Below are positions 1 through 10,266 of a DNA stretch of 64,000 nt, one piece after another; position 1 is the stretch's first letter, and the number at the start of each line of letters is the position of its first letter. The stretch is taken from assembly GCA_964557825.1 (NCBI GenBank), contig CAZLBL010000001.1, positions 3 to 64,002 of the forward strand. Direction: 5' to 3'. The notes under the pieces are model-generated. The model worked only from the letters and a program-made list of their open reading frames with translations. It ran no database searches and had not been told where the DNA came from. The position numbers were made by a program, and so were the translations under genes. Source of the DNA: an uncultured Ruminococcus sp. (GTDB lineage: Bacteria; Bacillota; Clostridia; Oscillospirales; Ruminococcaceae).

Positions 1-13
1 ATTATTTTATTAC

Positions 14-42
14 ATTATACGCCAAAATTGCCGATATGTCAA
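14..42 (-). promoter_or_regulatory. sigmaA promoter pointing out of the window
   Basis: Minus strand TTGACA (42-37), 17 bp spacer, TATAAT (19-14): perfect consensus. Confidence 0.75.
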
Positions 43-85
43 TAAGCGTGGCTGTTTGGTCAAAAAATAAAAATATCCAAAATAC

Positions 86-114
86 TTGAAATAATTCCGT
101 GCATACTGTATAAT
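86..114 (+). promoter_or_regulatory. sigmaA promoter of thioredoxin gene
   Basis: TTGAAA, 17 bp spacer, TATAAT. Confidence 0.7.
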
Positions 115-214
115 GGTGGTTGATACAACTACAATCTGGGCGCACAGGTTGACTGCTTGCTTCAGTGGAAATTCCGCCTGCCGCCCAGCAGCAAAAACAA
201 AGGAGGAAAAAGCC

Positions 215-523
215 ATGAGCGAAATAACACTTACCGCAGAAAATTTTGAGCAGCAGGTTATCAGAAGCGACAGAACCGTCCTTGTGGATTTCTGGGCTGA
301 CTGGTGCGCGCCCTGCGCAATGCTGTCACCCATCATTTCCGAAATTGCGGAGGAAACTCCCTCTATCGCTGTCGGCAAGGTGAATATTGATGAACAGTCC
401 GCGCTTGCGGAGCAATACGGCATAAGCAGCATACCAACCCTGCTGGTGTTCAGAAACGGCGAAATAATCAACAGGTCCGTAGGACTTGCTGGCAAGGAAA
501 ATATAAAACAAATGCTGAAATAA
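215..523 (+). CDS. trxA: Thioredoxin
   Basis: WADWCAPC active site, IPT cis-Pro motif; AGGAGG SD before ATG 215 (ORF track start 113 is too early). Confidence 0.95.
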   Translation: MSEITLTAENFEQQVIRSDRTVLVDFWADWCAPCAMLSPIISEIAEETPSIAVGKVNIDEQSALAEQYGISSIPTLLVFRNGEIINRSVGLAGKENIKQMLK

Positions 524-530
524 AATATGA

Positions 531-560
531 TTTCCCTCCGCAATCCGCGGAGGGATTTAT
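531..560 (+). terminator. Intrinsic terminator after trxA
   Basis: TCCCTCCGC-aatcc-GCGGAGGGA followed by TTTATT. Confidence 0.8.
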
Positions 561-644
561 TGTAACATGATGTAAATTATTTCCCAAAGATAAAAATATA
601 CAAAAACAACAATGTTTTTTGTGCATAATTGCCATTGAAGTATT

Positions 645-673
645 TTGCATTTTGGATTATCATAGAGTATAGT
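645..673 (+). promoter_or_regulatory. Promoter of V/A-ATPase operon
   Basis: TTGCAT, 17 bp spacer, TATAGT. Confidence 0.55.
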
Positions 674-726
674 TGTTTTCAAACATGGATATATAAATAT
701 GTATCCTCCGAAAGGCAGGTTATGGT

Positions 727-1035
727 ATGGATATTTTGCAGAGCATAATTGAAATGGACAAGACAGCCGCAGCCTCCACCAAGGCAGCAGTGGCAGAGGA
801 GCGCAAAAGGCTTGACGAAAAAGAAAAGAACGCGGACTCACGCAGAGCCGCTGTGCTTGACAGAAACCGCAGCGCCGCTGAAAATTCACGCCTTTCCCGC
901 GAACAGGCTCTCGCAGAGAAAAAGGCGGAAACGCAAGCCGCCCTGCTGGAAGGCAAGGCAAGGCTTGACGATATATTCGCCCGCAGCAGCGAAGCGTGGC
1001 AAAGTGAGATAATCAGCCGTATAACAGGAGTTTAA
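727..1035 (+). CDS. V/A-type ATPase peripheral stalk subunit G/H-like
   Basis: 102 aa charged coiled coil, first gene of the operon. Confidence 0.75.
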   Translation: MDILQSIIEMDKTAAASTKAAVAEERKRLDEKEKNADSRRAAVLDRNRSAAENSRLSREQALAEKKAETQAALLEGKARLDDIFARSSEAWQSEIISRITGV

Positions 1036-1036
1036 T

Positions 1037-2071
1037 ATGTCATTTTCATCAAATTCCGTAATTGCAAAGGCAAGGGCGGTATACGGTAAATCGCTGGCGC
1101 AGGAGGATTATCTGCGGCTTTGCGCGGCAGGCTCGGTATCGGAGGCGGCGGCGCTGCTTAAGCAGATGCCCCGTTATGAAACCGCGCTGCGCGATATAAA
1201 TCCACAGACGATACATCGCGGTCAGCTTGAAGCGCTGCTGAAAAAGGCTGCATTTGATGTGTTTGAACGCTTTCACCGCTTTGATTTCAGCGACAGCCGC
1301 GAGTTTTTCAGATATACGGTAATGGAATACGAAGCCGAGCAGATACTCACCGCGATAGAATGTGTGGGTGCAAGCAACCCAAACCGTTACATTGCGCTGC
1401 TGCCGATGTTTCTTATAGAGCATTCCAAGCTAGACCTTATAACGCTTGGAAAGGCGCGCAGCTTCAGCGATATCGCACGGCTGCTCGAGGGAACGCCTTA
1501 TGAAAAGCTTCTGCGGCAGCTTCTTATCGAAGCCGAAAGTAGCGGCAGCATAAACATAATTGAATGTGAGCGCCGCATATACACCTACTACTACATATCG
1601 GCGATTAAAACCGCAGAAAAATTGTACAAGGGTACACAGCTTACAGAGCTTAAACGCGCACTGCTTAAAAGCGTGGACATGGAAAATGTTGTGACCTGCT
1701 GCCGAATGAGAGCGTTCGGCATGGACAAGGACAGCGTAAAGGGCGCGCTGCTGCCATTCAGATACCGTATCAACGATGATGCTGCCGAGCGAATATTGCA
1801 GCTTGACAGTGTTGACAAAATAGAGTGCGAACTTGCACGGCTTGGTTATCGCACAGACGCTGCCGCCCAGCTTGACACGGTGGAGCAGCTTACGGAGAAA
1901 ATAAGCATGAATTATCTGCGCCGTCTGCTGCGGCTGTCGGGAAATTCGGCGGCGGTGTATTACGCGCTTATAGAAAGCCTGAAAATAGAACAAAGAAATG
2001 TAAAAACAGCAATAGAGGGTATACGCTATGGCTTAAGCAGCGGCGAGATACTTGCAATGCTGGTAATATGA
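1037..2071 (+). CDS. ntpC: V/A-type ATPase subunit C (d)
   Basis: AKARAVYGKSL N-terminus, size and operon position. Confidence 0.88.
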   Translation: MSFSSNSVIAKARAVYGKSLAQEDYLRLCAAGSVSEAAALLKQMPRYETALRDINPQTIHRGQLEALLKKAAFDVFERFHRFDFSDSREFFRYTVMEYEAEQILTAIECVGASNPNRYIALLPMFLIEHSKLDLITLGKARSFSDIARLLEGTPYEKLLRQLLIEAESSGSINIIECERRIYTYYYISAIKTAEKLYKGTQLTELKRALLKSVDMENVVTCCRMRAFGMDKDSVKGALLPFRYRINDDAAERILQLDSVDKIECELARLGYRTDAAAQLDTVEQLTEKISMNYLRRLLRLSGNSAAVYYALIESLKIEQRNVKTAIEGIRYGLSSGEILAMLVI

Positions 2072-2084
2072 AAGGGGTGCGGAA

Positions 2085-4040
2085 ATGGGTATAGAAAAAA
2101 TGTCGCGGCTTAATATCGAGGGCAGCCTTGATAAGCTTGACGACGCCCTTATGCTGTGCTGCGAAAGCAAGCAGTTCCAGATAACAGAGATGGGCGGTGC
2201 GGCGCTTCACAGCGTGCAGGAGCATAACCCATATGAAGGCGCATACAGCGCAATGTCGGGTATTATCTCATCGCTGAACATAACGCCGCAGTTTGCTGAT
2301 TACAGCGAGGTTGAAATAAACAGCGGGGACGAATTTACTGCATATACCGATAAAGTCAGCGCGGAGCTTGCGTGGATAAAAAGAGAATATGACGATATTT
2401 CGTCATCACTTGAGGAACATAAGCGTACCAACGCTTTTCTTAAGCATCTGCTTGGACTTGACGTAAGCTTTCACGACCTTAAAAGCCTGCGATATGTAAG
2501 CTTCAGGATAGGTACAGTTCCTACCGAAAATCTGCAAAAGCTGGAGTATTTTGACAACAAGGCGCTTGTGTTTATTCCGATTGACACAAGCGGCGCAGAT
2601 ACATGGGGCATTTACCTTGCGCCAAAAGACGGCATGGATTTTGCAGACGCCGCAATGAGTTCGCTGTTTTTTCAGGAGGCGCAGCTTCCTGACTATCTTG
2701 TGGCAGACCCCACAACTACAACCGCAATACTTGACAAGGTTATAGATGATGAGGAAAAAATAAAAACCGAGCTGCAAAAAAATCTGGACGAATATATCGG
2801 CGAGAAGCGCGCAGAGCTGCTTGCGGTGTTAAGCAAGCTTAAATATCTCAGCGACTGCTTTGAACTGAGGAAAAAGGCGTTTATCTCCGGCGACAGCTTC
2901 ACCTTTGCGGGCTATTGTCCCACAAGGCACAGCAGCGCACTTTGCGGCAAGCTTTCGGCAATAGACGGCGTAAGCGCCGCCGCAGTTGAAATAAAGGGCA
3001 AGAGCGCCACGGGCGATGTTCCCGTAAAGCTGCGCAACAACATAGTGTTCCGCCCGTTTGAGATGTTTGTAAAGATGTACGGACTTCCCGAATATGGCAC
3101 GTTCGACCCGACGCCGTATGTTGCGGTTACATACATGATGCTTTTCGGAATAATGTTCGGCGATGTGGGACAGGGCTTGCTGATATCCCTGCTTGGACTG
3201 CTGCTATCCCGCCTGACCCAAAACGGTCTTGCGCCGATAATGACAAGAATAGGTCTTTGTTCTGCCGCAATGGGCGTGGTTTACGGCTCGGTATTCGGTA
3301 TAGAAACAATAATAGAGCCGTTCTTCCACCGCGAAAGCATATGGCAGTTCCTTGGCTATGCGGAAAAGCCCGAAAATATATTCCAGGTATCAACAACGCT
3401 GCTTATAGCGGCGCTTGGCATAGGCATTGTGCTGATTGCAATTTCCATGACCTTCAACACGGTGCTTAACTTCTCACGGCACAAAATCGGTGAGGCGCTG
3501 TTCAGCGTAAACGGCGTGTGCGGTCTTACGTTCTATCTCTCGCTTGTTGCGGGCGCTGCGGGAACGCTGATGTTCGGCGCGGAGATATTCTCTCCCGCTT
3601 ATGTGATATGCCTTATTGTGCTGCCGCTTGTGCTGATATTCTTCAAGCACCCGCTTAGCGACCTTATAAGCGGCAAAAAGCGCACCGAAAAGATTTCTGT
3701 CGGAAACTTCATAATCGAAAACTTTATCGAGCTTTTTGAGGCTGCGCTAAGCTTTCTTTCCAACACCATGTCCTTCCTGCGTGTGGGCGGCTTTATACTC
3801 AGCCACGCGGGAATGATGCTGGTAGTTGCACAGCTTGCGGGAACAAATGCTCCCGACGCGCAGATAGGCTTTTCCACCGTTCTGGTATTTATTCTCGGCA
3901 ACCTGTTTGTAATGGGCGTTGAGGGTCTGCTTGTGGGAATACAGATACTAAGACTGGAATTCTATGAAATCTTCAACCGTTTTTACAGCGGCAACGGACA
4001 AAGCTTCCGTCCGCTTGAAGTCACCTTTGAACACAAATAA
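2085..4040 (+). CDS. ntpI: V/A-type ATPase subunit I (a)
   Basis: FGIMFGDVGQG, LSNTMSFLR, LQILRLEFYE-type motifs; multi-TM C-terminal half. Confidence 0.95.
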   Translation: MGIEKMSRLNIEGSLDKLDDALMLCCESKQFQITEMGGAALHSVQEHNPYEGAYSAMSGIISSLNITPQFADYSEVEINSGDEFTAYTDKVSAELAWIKREYDDISSSLEEHKRTNAFLKHLLGLDVSFHDLKSLRYVSFRIGTVPTENLQKLEYFDNKALVFIPIDTSGADTWGIYLAPKDGMDFADAAMSSLFFQEAQLPDYLVADPTTTTAILDKVIDDEEKIKTELQKNLDEYIGEKRAELLAVLSKLKYLSDCFELRKKAFISGDSFTFAGYCPTRHSSALCGKLSAIDGVSAAAVEIKGKSATGDVPVKLRNNIVFRPFEMFVKMYGLPEYGTFDPTPYVAVTYMMLFGIMFGDVGQGLLISLLGLLLSRLTQNGLAPIMTRIGLCSAAMGVVYGSVFGIETIIEPFFHRESIWQFLGYAEKPENIFQVSTTLLIAALGIGIVLIAISMTFNTVLNFSRHKIGEALFSVNGVCGLTFYLSLVAGAAGTLMFGAEIFSPAYVICLIVLPLVLIFFKHPLSDLISGKKRTEKISVGNFIIENFIELFEAALSFLSNTMSFLRVGGFILSHAGMMLVVAQLAGTNAPDAQIGFSTVLVFILGNLFVMGVEGLLVGIQILRLEFYEIFNRFYSGNGQSFRPLEVTFEHK

Positions 4041-4059
4041 TTTTTTGGAGGAAATTAAA

Positions 4060-4497
4060 ATGGATATCGTTATGTTTTTTGCAATGCCGCTTATTGCGGT
4101 TGCCGCTATACTGCTGCCCCTGTTTATCAACCTTAAGCGCACAAAGCAGCATAAGCCTGCCAACAGAAAGCGCGCGGTAATCACAAATATCGCGTCCTTT
4201 ATCGGCGTTATGGCGCTTATGACCGTTATCCCCGCAACGGGCGCATTTGCCGCAGGTGCAGAAGCCGCTGCTGCCGTTGACGGCTTTACCGAGGGTATGA
4301 AGTATCTTGCGGCTGCGCTCTCCACAGGTATGGCTACCATTGGCACAGGTATCGCGGTAGGAAGCGCCGCTCCCGCAGCTATCGGCGCTGTAAGCGAAAA
4401 CGACAAGGCGTTTACAAAGGCGCTGATTTTCGTTGCGCTTGGCGAGGGTGTTGCTATCTACGGTCTGCTTATCTCTATCCTTATCCTGTTTGGATAA
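4060..4497 (+). CDS. ntpK: V/A-type ATPase subunit K (c, proteolipid)
   Basis: Hairpin with conserved Glu in VALGEGVAIYGLLIS; GGAGG SD before ATG 4060. Confidence 0.92.
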   Translation: MDIVMFFAMPLIAVAAILLPLFINLKRTKQHKPANRKRAVITNIASFIGVMALMTVIPATGAFAAGAEAAAAVDGFTEGMKYLAAALSTGMATIGTGIAVGSAAPAAIGAVSENDKAFTKALIFVALGEGVAIYGLLISILILFG

Positions 4498-4504
4498 TAA
4501 AGCT

Positions 4505-4813
4505 ATGAAATTCTATCTGATAAGCGATAATATTGATACGCAGATGGGTATGCGGCTTGCGGGCGTTGAGGGCGAGGTTGCCCATACCGCCGAGGAAGTA
4601 AGCGCCGCTCTTGACCGTGCATTCTCTGACGAGAATACGGCTGTGGTGCTTATGACCGAAAAGCTTGTGGAACTTTGCCACGAGCGTGTTTACAAGCTGA
4701 AGCTAAACTGCCGCAGACCGCTGATAGTGGAAATCCCCGACCGCCACGGCAACTCTGACATTACCGAGGCTATCAGCCGCTATGTCAGCGAGGCTGTCGG
4801 CATAAAGCTGTAA
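4505..4813 (+). CDS. ntpG: V/A-type ATPase subunit F
   Basis: ISDNIDTQMGMRLAGVEG and IVEIPDRHG motifs; ATG 4505. Confidence 0.9.
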   Translation: MKFYLISDNIDTQMGMRLAGVEGEVAHTAEEVSAALDRAFSDENTAVVLMTEKLVELCHERVYKLKLNCRRPLIVEIPDRHGNSDITEAISRYVSEAVGIKL

Positions 4814-4883
4814 CAGCTTTGTCCGCTCATTCAATGGTGCTAAGCTAAGGCACAGACAAAAAGGCAGTAAGAAAGGCTGAAAA

Positions 4884-5462
4884 ATGGATAACAACGCAAA
4901 ACTTGAACTGTTCAGTCAGGAGATAAACCGCCAGTCGCGCGAGGACGCAGAAGCAAAAACCGCTGAGCTGCGCCGCCGCAGAAAGGAAGCGGGCAAGACC
5001 AAAAACGAGCTTGCCGCAAAAGCCGAACTGGACGGAATAAAAACGGAATTAAGCCGCGCCGACAGCGCATTCAGACGCGAAATGTCGCGCTGCGATTATG
5101 AGCTTAAAAAATCCGTACTTACGCACAGAAACAACCTTATCACAGAGTTTTTCTGCGAAACCGAAAAGCGGCTTAAACAGTTTGCCGCCTCCGAAGATTA
5201 CCCCGCATATCTCAAACGCTCTCTTGAAAAAATACGCGCTTCTATTGCGCTTGACAGCGCAACGCTTATATACGCAAGAGCCTGCGATGTGGATACAGTA
5301 AGGTCGCTGACAAGCTGTGAAGTCGCCTGCGACAACAGCATAAAGCTTGGCGGTCTGCGCGCGCTTTGCCGCAACAAGAATGTGCTTTGCGACGTTACGC
5401 TGGATATGGCGCTGTCTGATGAAAAGCGCCTGTTCGCCGAAAAAAGCGAGCTTCACCTCTGA
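4884..5462 (+). CDS. ntpE: V/A-type ATPase subunit E
   Basis: Coiled-coil N-terminus, C-terminal IKLGGL motif, operon position. Confidence 0.85.
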   Translation: MDNNAKLELFSQEINRQSREDAEAKTAELRRRRKEAGKTKNELAAKAELDGIKTELSRADSAFRREMSRCDYELKKSVLTHRNNLITEFFCETEKRLKQFAASEDYPAYLKRSLEKIRASIALDSATLIYARACDVDTVRSLTSCEVACDNSIKLGGLRALCRNKNVLCDVTLDMALSDEKRLFAEKSELHL

Positions 5463-5485
5463 TTCTCTGAAAGGAATGAAACCGA

Positions 5486-7234
5486 TTGAATACTATTTAT
5501 GCAATAAACGGTCCTGTTGTCAAGGTCGCCGCAGCAAAGGATTTTTCCATGCTGGAAATGGTCTATGTCGGCGAAAAACGCCTTATCGGAGAGGTAATCG
5601 GCGTTAATAACGAGTACACCACCATACAGGTATACGAAAATACCGCAGGACTTAAAATAGGCGAGCCTGTTGTGCCCGCGGGCACGCCCGTGTGCGCAAC
5701 GCTTGGACCTGGTATAATCTCCAATATATTTGATGGAATACAGCGCCCCCTGCGGGATATGACAAAGCAGAACGGCATTTTTGTAGCCGAGGGCAGCAGT
5801 ATCCCCGCGCTTGATGCGCAGCGCCTGTTTGATGTAACCGTTACCGCAAAGGTCGGTGACAGGCTTTCGGGCGGCGATATATACTGCACCTGCCCCGAAA
5901 CCGCGCTTATCACGCACAGGTGTATGATTCCCCCGAATGTATGCGGCGTTGTTTCCTTTGCCGCAGAAGACGGACAATATCGCGTAAACGATGTTATAAT
6001 CAAGCTTACCACCGACGACGGAACGGAAATCCCCCTCACAATGGTACAGAAATGGGCAATTAAAAAGAGCCGTCCCATTGCAAAGCGTCTGCCCGTAAGC
6101 AGACCGCTTATAACGGGTCAGCGTATAATCGACTCTATATGCCCCATTGCCAAAGGCGGCACGGCGGCTATTCCCGGCGGCTTCGGCACGGGCAAGACCA
6201 TGACGCAGCACCAGCTTGCAAAATGGTGCGACGCTGATATAATCGTATACATCGGCTGCGGCGAGCGCGGCAATGAAATGACGCAGGTGCTTGAGGAATT
6301 CGGCGAGCTTATCGACCCAAAATCGGGCAGACCGCTTACCGACAGAACCGTGCTTATCGCCAACACCTCAAATATGCCTGTTGCGGCGCGTGAAGCTTCA
6401 ATCTATACCGGAATTACTCTTGCGGAATATTACCGCGATATGGGTTATCATATCGCGATAATGGCAGACTCCACTTCGCGTTGGGCAGAAGCGCTGCGTG
6501 AGATTTCGGGCAGACTTGAGGAAATGCCCGCCGAGGAGGGCTTTCCCGCATATCTTCCCTCGCGTCTTTCAGAATTTTATGAGCGCGCAGGCTACGTTCA
6601 GACGCTTAACGACGCCGAGGGCAGCGTTACCATAATCGGCGCGGTTTCACCGCAGGGCAGCGATTTCTCCGAGCCTGTAACACAGAACACAAAGCGCTTT
6701 GTGCGGTGCTTCTGGGCGCTTGATAAATCACTTGCATATGCGCGCCATTACCCCGCGATAGACTGGACCAGCAGTTACAGTGAATACCTTGACGACCTTG
6801 CGGATTTCTACAATGACAACGTGGGCGCGGATTTTATGACGCTGCGCCGTGAAATCGCCAATATCCTGCTGGAAGAAAGCAAGCTTATGGAGATTGTAAA
6901 GCTTATCGGCGCGGACGTTCTGCCCGATGACCAGAAGCTCGCCATTGAGATTGCAAAGGTTGTGCGTGTAGGCTTCCTTCAGCAGAACGCATACCACAAG
7001 GACGATACCTATGTGCCGCTTGAAAAGCAGCTGCTGATGATGAAGGTTATCGTAAGGCTGTATAACCTGTCGCTTATCGCGGTAAGGGGCGGCGTTCCGA
7101 TATCCGCTATAACAAAGCTTGGCTTCTTTGAAAAGCTTATCAAAATGAAATACGATATCCCCAACGACAAGCCGGAGATGTTTGACGATTACCTTGCCGA
7201 AATGGACAAGGCATTCCGCACATTCCGCGTGTAA
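5486..7234 (+). CDS. ntpA: V/A-type ATPase subunit A (catalytic)
   Basis: Walker [30 protein letters not shown]; TTG start. Confidence 0.98.
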   Translation: MNTIYAINGPVVKVAAAKDFSMLEMVYVGEKRLIGEVIGVNNEYTTIQVYENTAGLKIGEPVVPAGTPVCATLGPGIISNIFDGIQRPLRDMTKQNGIFVAEGSSIPALDAQRLFDVTVTAKVGDRLSGGDIYCTCPETALITHRCMIPPNVCGVVSFAAEDGQYRVNDVIIKLTTDDGTEIPLTMVQKWAIKKSRPIAKRLPVSRPLITGQRIIDSICPIAKGGTAAIPGGFGTGKTMTQHQLAKWCDADIIVYIGCGERGNEMTQVLEEFGELIDPKSGRPLTDRTVLIANTSNMPVAAREASIYTGITLAEYYRDMGYHIAIMADSTSRWAEALREISGRLEEMPAEEGFPAYLPSRLSEFYERAGYVQTLNDAEGSVTIIGAVSPQGSDFSEPVTQNTKRFVRCFWALDKSLAYARHYPAIDWTSSYSEYLDDLADFYNDNVGADFMTLRREIANILLEESKLMEIVKLIGADVLPDDQKLAIEIAKVVRVGFLQQNAYHKDDTYVPLEKQLLMMKVIVRLYNLSLIAVRGGVPISAITKLGFFEKLIKMKYDIPNDKPEMFDDYLAEMDKAFRTFRV

Positions 7235-7255
7235 GGGTAAAGGAGATTTATTAAA

Positions 7256-8671
7256 ATGAGCAGCTTACAACACATGGGGTTTAAGGATATAAACGGCCCT
7301 CTCGTTGCGCTTGAGGGAGTATCTGGCGCGGCCTTTGACGAAATTGCAACTATCCGTCTGGACGACGGCACGGAGCGTATCGGCAGAGTGGTTGAAATGC
7401 AGGGCGACAAGGTAATCCTTCAGGTGTTTGAGGGAACAACGGGCATATCGCTTAACAACACAAGAACCGTTTTCTCCGGCAGACCGCTTGAAATACCGCT
7501 TGCAACCGAAATGCTGGGCAGAGTGTTCAGCGGCGCGGGAAAGCCTATTGACGGACTGGGTGCAGTATTCCCCGAAAAAATGGGCGATGTAAACGGACGT
7601 GCGCTTAACCCTGTTGCAAGGCAGTACCCCAGAAACTATATACATACAGGCATATCCTCGATAGACGCGCTTATGACGCTGATACGCGGTCAGAAGCTGC
7701 CGATTTTCTCAGGCTCGGGTCTTTCCCACAACAAGCTTGCCGTGCAGATAGTAAAGCAGGCAAAGCTTGCCAAGGAGGATAACGCCGAATTTGCCGTTGT
7801 TTTTGCGGCAATGGGCGTACAGAACGACGTTGCGGAATACTTCCGCCGCTCGTTTGAGGAAAACGGCGCTATTGAGCGTGTTGCAATGTTCCTTAATCTT
7901 TCCAACGACCCGATTATTGAGCGTATTCTCACACCGATGTGTGCGCTTACCGCCGCAGAATACCTTGCATACGAAAAGAATATGCACATTCTGGTTATCA
8001 TGACGGATATGACGTCTTATGCCGAAGCGCTGCGTGAGTTCTCCTCGTCAAAGGGTGAAATTCCTGGCAGAAAGGGTTATCCCGGCTATCTGTACTCAAA
8101 CCTTGCCGCGCTGTATGAGCGCGCAGGCGTTGTGGAGGGCAGCACAGGCTCGGTAACGCAGATTCCCATACTGACCATGCCTAACGACGATATAACCCAC
8201 CCTATCCCCGACCTTACCGCATATATAACCGAGGGACAGATAGTATTCGACCGCGACCTTGACCAGCGCGGTATATATCCGGGACTTTCGGTGCTGCTTT
8301 CGCTGTCGCGTCTTATGAAGGACGGCATAGGCGAGGGTTACACAAGAGCCGACCATTCTGCTGTTTCCAACCAGCTTTTTGCAGCATACGCAAAGGTTCA
8401 GGACGCGCGCTCGCTTGCCTCCGTTATCGGCGAGGAGGAGCTTTCCGATACCGACCGCGCTTATATGCAGTTTGGCAAGCTGTTTGAAGACAATTTCCTT
8501 GCACAGGGCTTTGACGAAAACCGCAGCATGGACGAAACGCTTGACCTTGGCTGGGATTTGCTTTGCACACTGCCAAAATCCGAGCTTGACCGTATAGACG
8601 AAAAGCTGCTTGAGGAAAAATACAGACCCACAAGGGCAGAACGCTTCAGAAAAAGCGCAGATAATACCTGA
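7256..8671 (+). CDS. ntpB: V/A-type ATPase subunit B
   Basis: [34 protein letters not shown]. Confidence 0.98.
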   Translation: MSSLQHMGFKDINGPLVALEGVSGAAFDEIATIRLDDGTERIGRVVEMQGDKVILQVFEGTTGISLNNTRTVFSGRPLEIPLATEMLGRVFSGAGKPIDGLGAVFPEKMGDVNGRALNPVARQYPRNYIHTGISSIDALMTLIRGQKLPIFSGSGLSHNKLAVQIVKQAKLAKEDNAEFAVVFAAMGVQNDVAEYFRRSFEENGAIERVAMFLNLSNDPIIERILTPMCALTAAEYLAYEKNMHILVIMTDMTSYAEALREFSSSKGEIPGRKGYPGYLYSNLAALYERAGVVEGSTGSVTQIPILTMPNDDITHPIPDLTAYITEGQIVFDRDLDQRGIYPGLSVLLSLSRLMKDGIGEGYTRADHSAVSNQLFAAYAKVQDARSLASVIGEEELSDTDRAYMQFGKLFEDNFLAQGFDENRSMDETLDLGWDLLCTLPKSELDRIDEKLLEEKYRPTRAERFRKSADNT

Positions 8672-8697
8672 CCCAGATGAAAGGAGCGTATTTATAA

Positions 8698-9321
8698 TTG
8701 GCTGAACAAATATTTCCCACCAAGGGCAATCTGATAAAAGCAAAGCGCTCCCTGCGACAGGCAAAAATGGGCTATGAACTCATGGACAGAAAGCGCAACA
8801 TTCTTATCCGCGAGATGGTGGAGCTTACAGGCGAGGCAAAAGCTATACGCGGCACTATCAACGACACCTACACCAACGCATATAAAGCGCTTCAGCGCGC
8901 AAACATATCAATGGGCGTTGTAAGCGATATTGCGGACTCCTTTCCCGTGGACAATTCCATACAGATGAGTATAAGAAGCGTAATGGGCGTGGAGCTGCCA
9001 AAGCTGTCGCATGATGAAGGCGAGTTTGCCGCGCGTTACGGTATGCACCGCACCAATTCAAGCTTTGACGCGGCGTTTATCAGCTTTAACAAAGCAAAAG
9101 AGCTGACCGTGCGCCTTGCCGAGATTGAAAACAGCATTTACCGCCTTGCGGTAGCAATTAAGAAAACCCAGAAGCGCGCAAACGCGCTTAAAAACATAAT
9201 GATACCGAAATTTGACAATACGGTTCGGTTTATCGCAAATGCCCTTGAAGAAAAGGAGCGCGAGGAATTTTCCCGCCAGAAAGTAATCAAAAAGGCAAAG
9301 CTGAAAAAGAGCGGACAGTAA
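8698..9321 (+). CDS. ntpD: V/A-type ATPase subunit D
   Basis: PTKGNL, KTQKRANAL, LEEKEREEF; TTG start. Confidence 0.96.
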   Translation: MAEQIFPTKGNLIKAKRSLRQAKMGYELMDRKRNILIREMVELTGEAKAIRGTINDTYTNAYKALQRANISMGVVSDIADSFPVDNSIQMSIRSVMGVELPKLSHDEGEFAARYGMHRTNSSFDAAFISFNKAKELTVRLAEIENSIYRLAVAIKKTQKRANALKNIMIPKFDNTVRFIANALEEKEREEFSRQKVIKKAKLKKSGQ

Positions 9322-9346
9322 TAAATTACACCGCAAAAAATGATAT

Positions 9347-9387
9347 AAACGCCCCGCAGCGCATGAAATATTGTACGCGGGGCGTTT
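9347..9387 (+). terminator. Hairpin terminator after ATPase operon
   Basis: AAACGCCCCGC ... GCGGGGCGTTT inverted repeat. Confidence 0.7.
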
Positions 9388-9436
9388 GCCGTAACGGTAT
9401 GGTATAAAGCTTTATCAATATTAGCAGACATAACAT

Positions 9437-9465
9437 ATTTCATTTATATTTCACGGAGCTTTCAT
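9437..9465 (+). promoter_or_regulatory. Three 11-bp-phased direct repeats, OmpR/PhoB-type box candidate
   Basis: ATTTCAT (9437), ATTTCAC (9448), CTTTCAT (9459); extended -10 TGtTAGAAT at 9506-9514. Confidence 0.5.
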
Positions 9466-9578
9466 GTTTATAGTAAAAAACTATCAGTTTTTCTTCAGCG
9501 GGATATGTTAGAATTGCAGCTGTAAGAGGAAGCAAGGCTTTGCTCAGGGCTATCAGACATTGAAAGAGAGGTGAAAAG

Positions 9579-10250
9579 ATGGATTTTCGGCATGAATGGA
9601 AGCATGAAATAAATCTCTGCGATATGTACACCCTGCGTCAAAGGCTGCGGGCGGTTATGCAGCCCGACCCCTACGCCGCAGACGGAAAGTATTTTATCCG
9701 CAGCCTTTATTTTGACAATATTTCAGACAAGGCGTTGCGCGAGAAGCTTGACGGCGTAAACTGCCGCGAGAAATTCCGCATACGCTATTACAATGGCGAT
9801 ACATCGCTTATCCGTCTTGAAAAAAAGTCCAAGCTGAACGGACTTGGAAGCAAGCAAAGCGCGGTTTTGTCGGCGCAGGAGGCGCAGGCGGTTGTTGACG
9901 GCGATTACGGCTTTATGGCAAAGTGTAACAGACCGCTTGTGCAGGAGCTGTATTCCAAAATGATGTCGCAGGGGCTTCGTCCCAAGACAATTGTGGACTA
10001 CACGCGCGAACCGTTTATCTACGCACCGGGAAATGTGCGCGTTACCATTGATTACGACATACGCACAGGATTGCTCTGCACCGATTTTCTTAACCCCAAT
10101 TGTATCACGATACCCGCAGGAAACGTGCCTATTATCCTTGAAGTAAAGTGGGACGAGTTTCTGCCATCTGTAATCCGCGATATTGTACAGCTTGAAAGCA
10201 GGCACACCGCCGCTTTCTCAAAATATGCAGCCTGCCGTATTTACGGCTGA
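9579..10250 (+). CDS. VTC-domain (polyphosphate polymerase / CYTH-like) protein
   Basis: RHEWKH N-terminal motif, IRSLYFD, REKFRIRYY, LEKKSK, RVTID, ILEVKW, FSKY. Confidence 0.9.
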   Translation: MDFRHEWKHEINLCDMYTLRQRLRAVMQPDPYAADGKYFIRSLYFDNISDKALREKLDGVNCREKFRIRYYNGDTSLIRLEKKSKLNGLGSKQSAVLSAQEAQAVVDGDYGFMAKCNRPLVQELYSKMMSQGLRPKTIVDYTREPFIYAPGNVRVTIDYDIRTGLLCTDFLNPNCITIPAGNVPIILEVKWDEFLPSVIRDIVQLESRHTAAFSKYAACRIYG

Positions 10251-10266
10251 AAAAGGAGATTAACCA

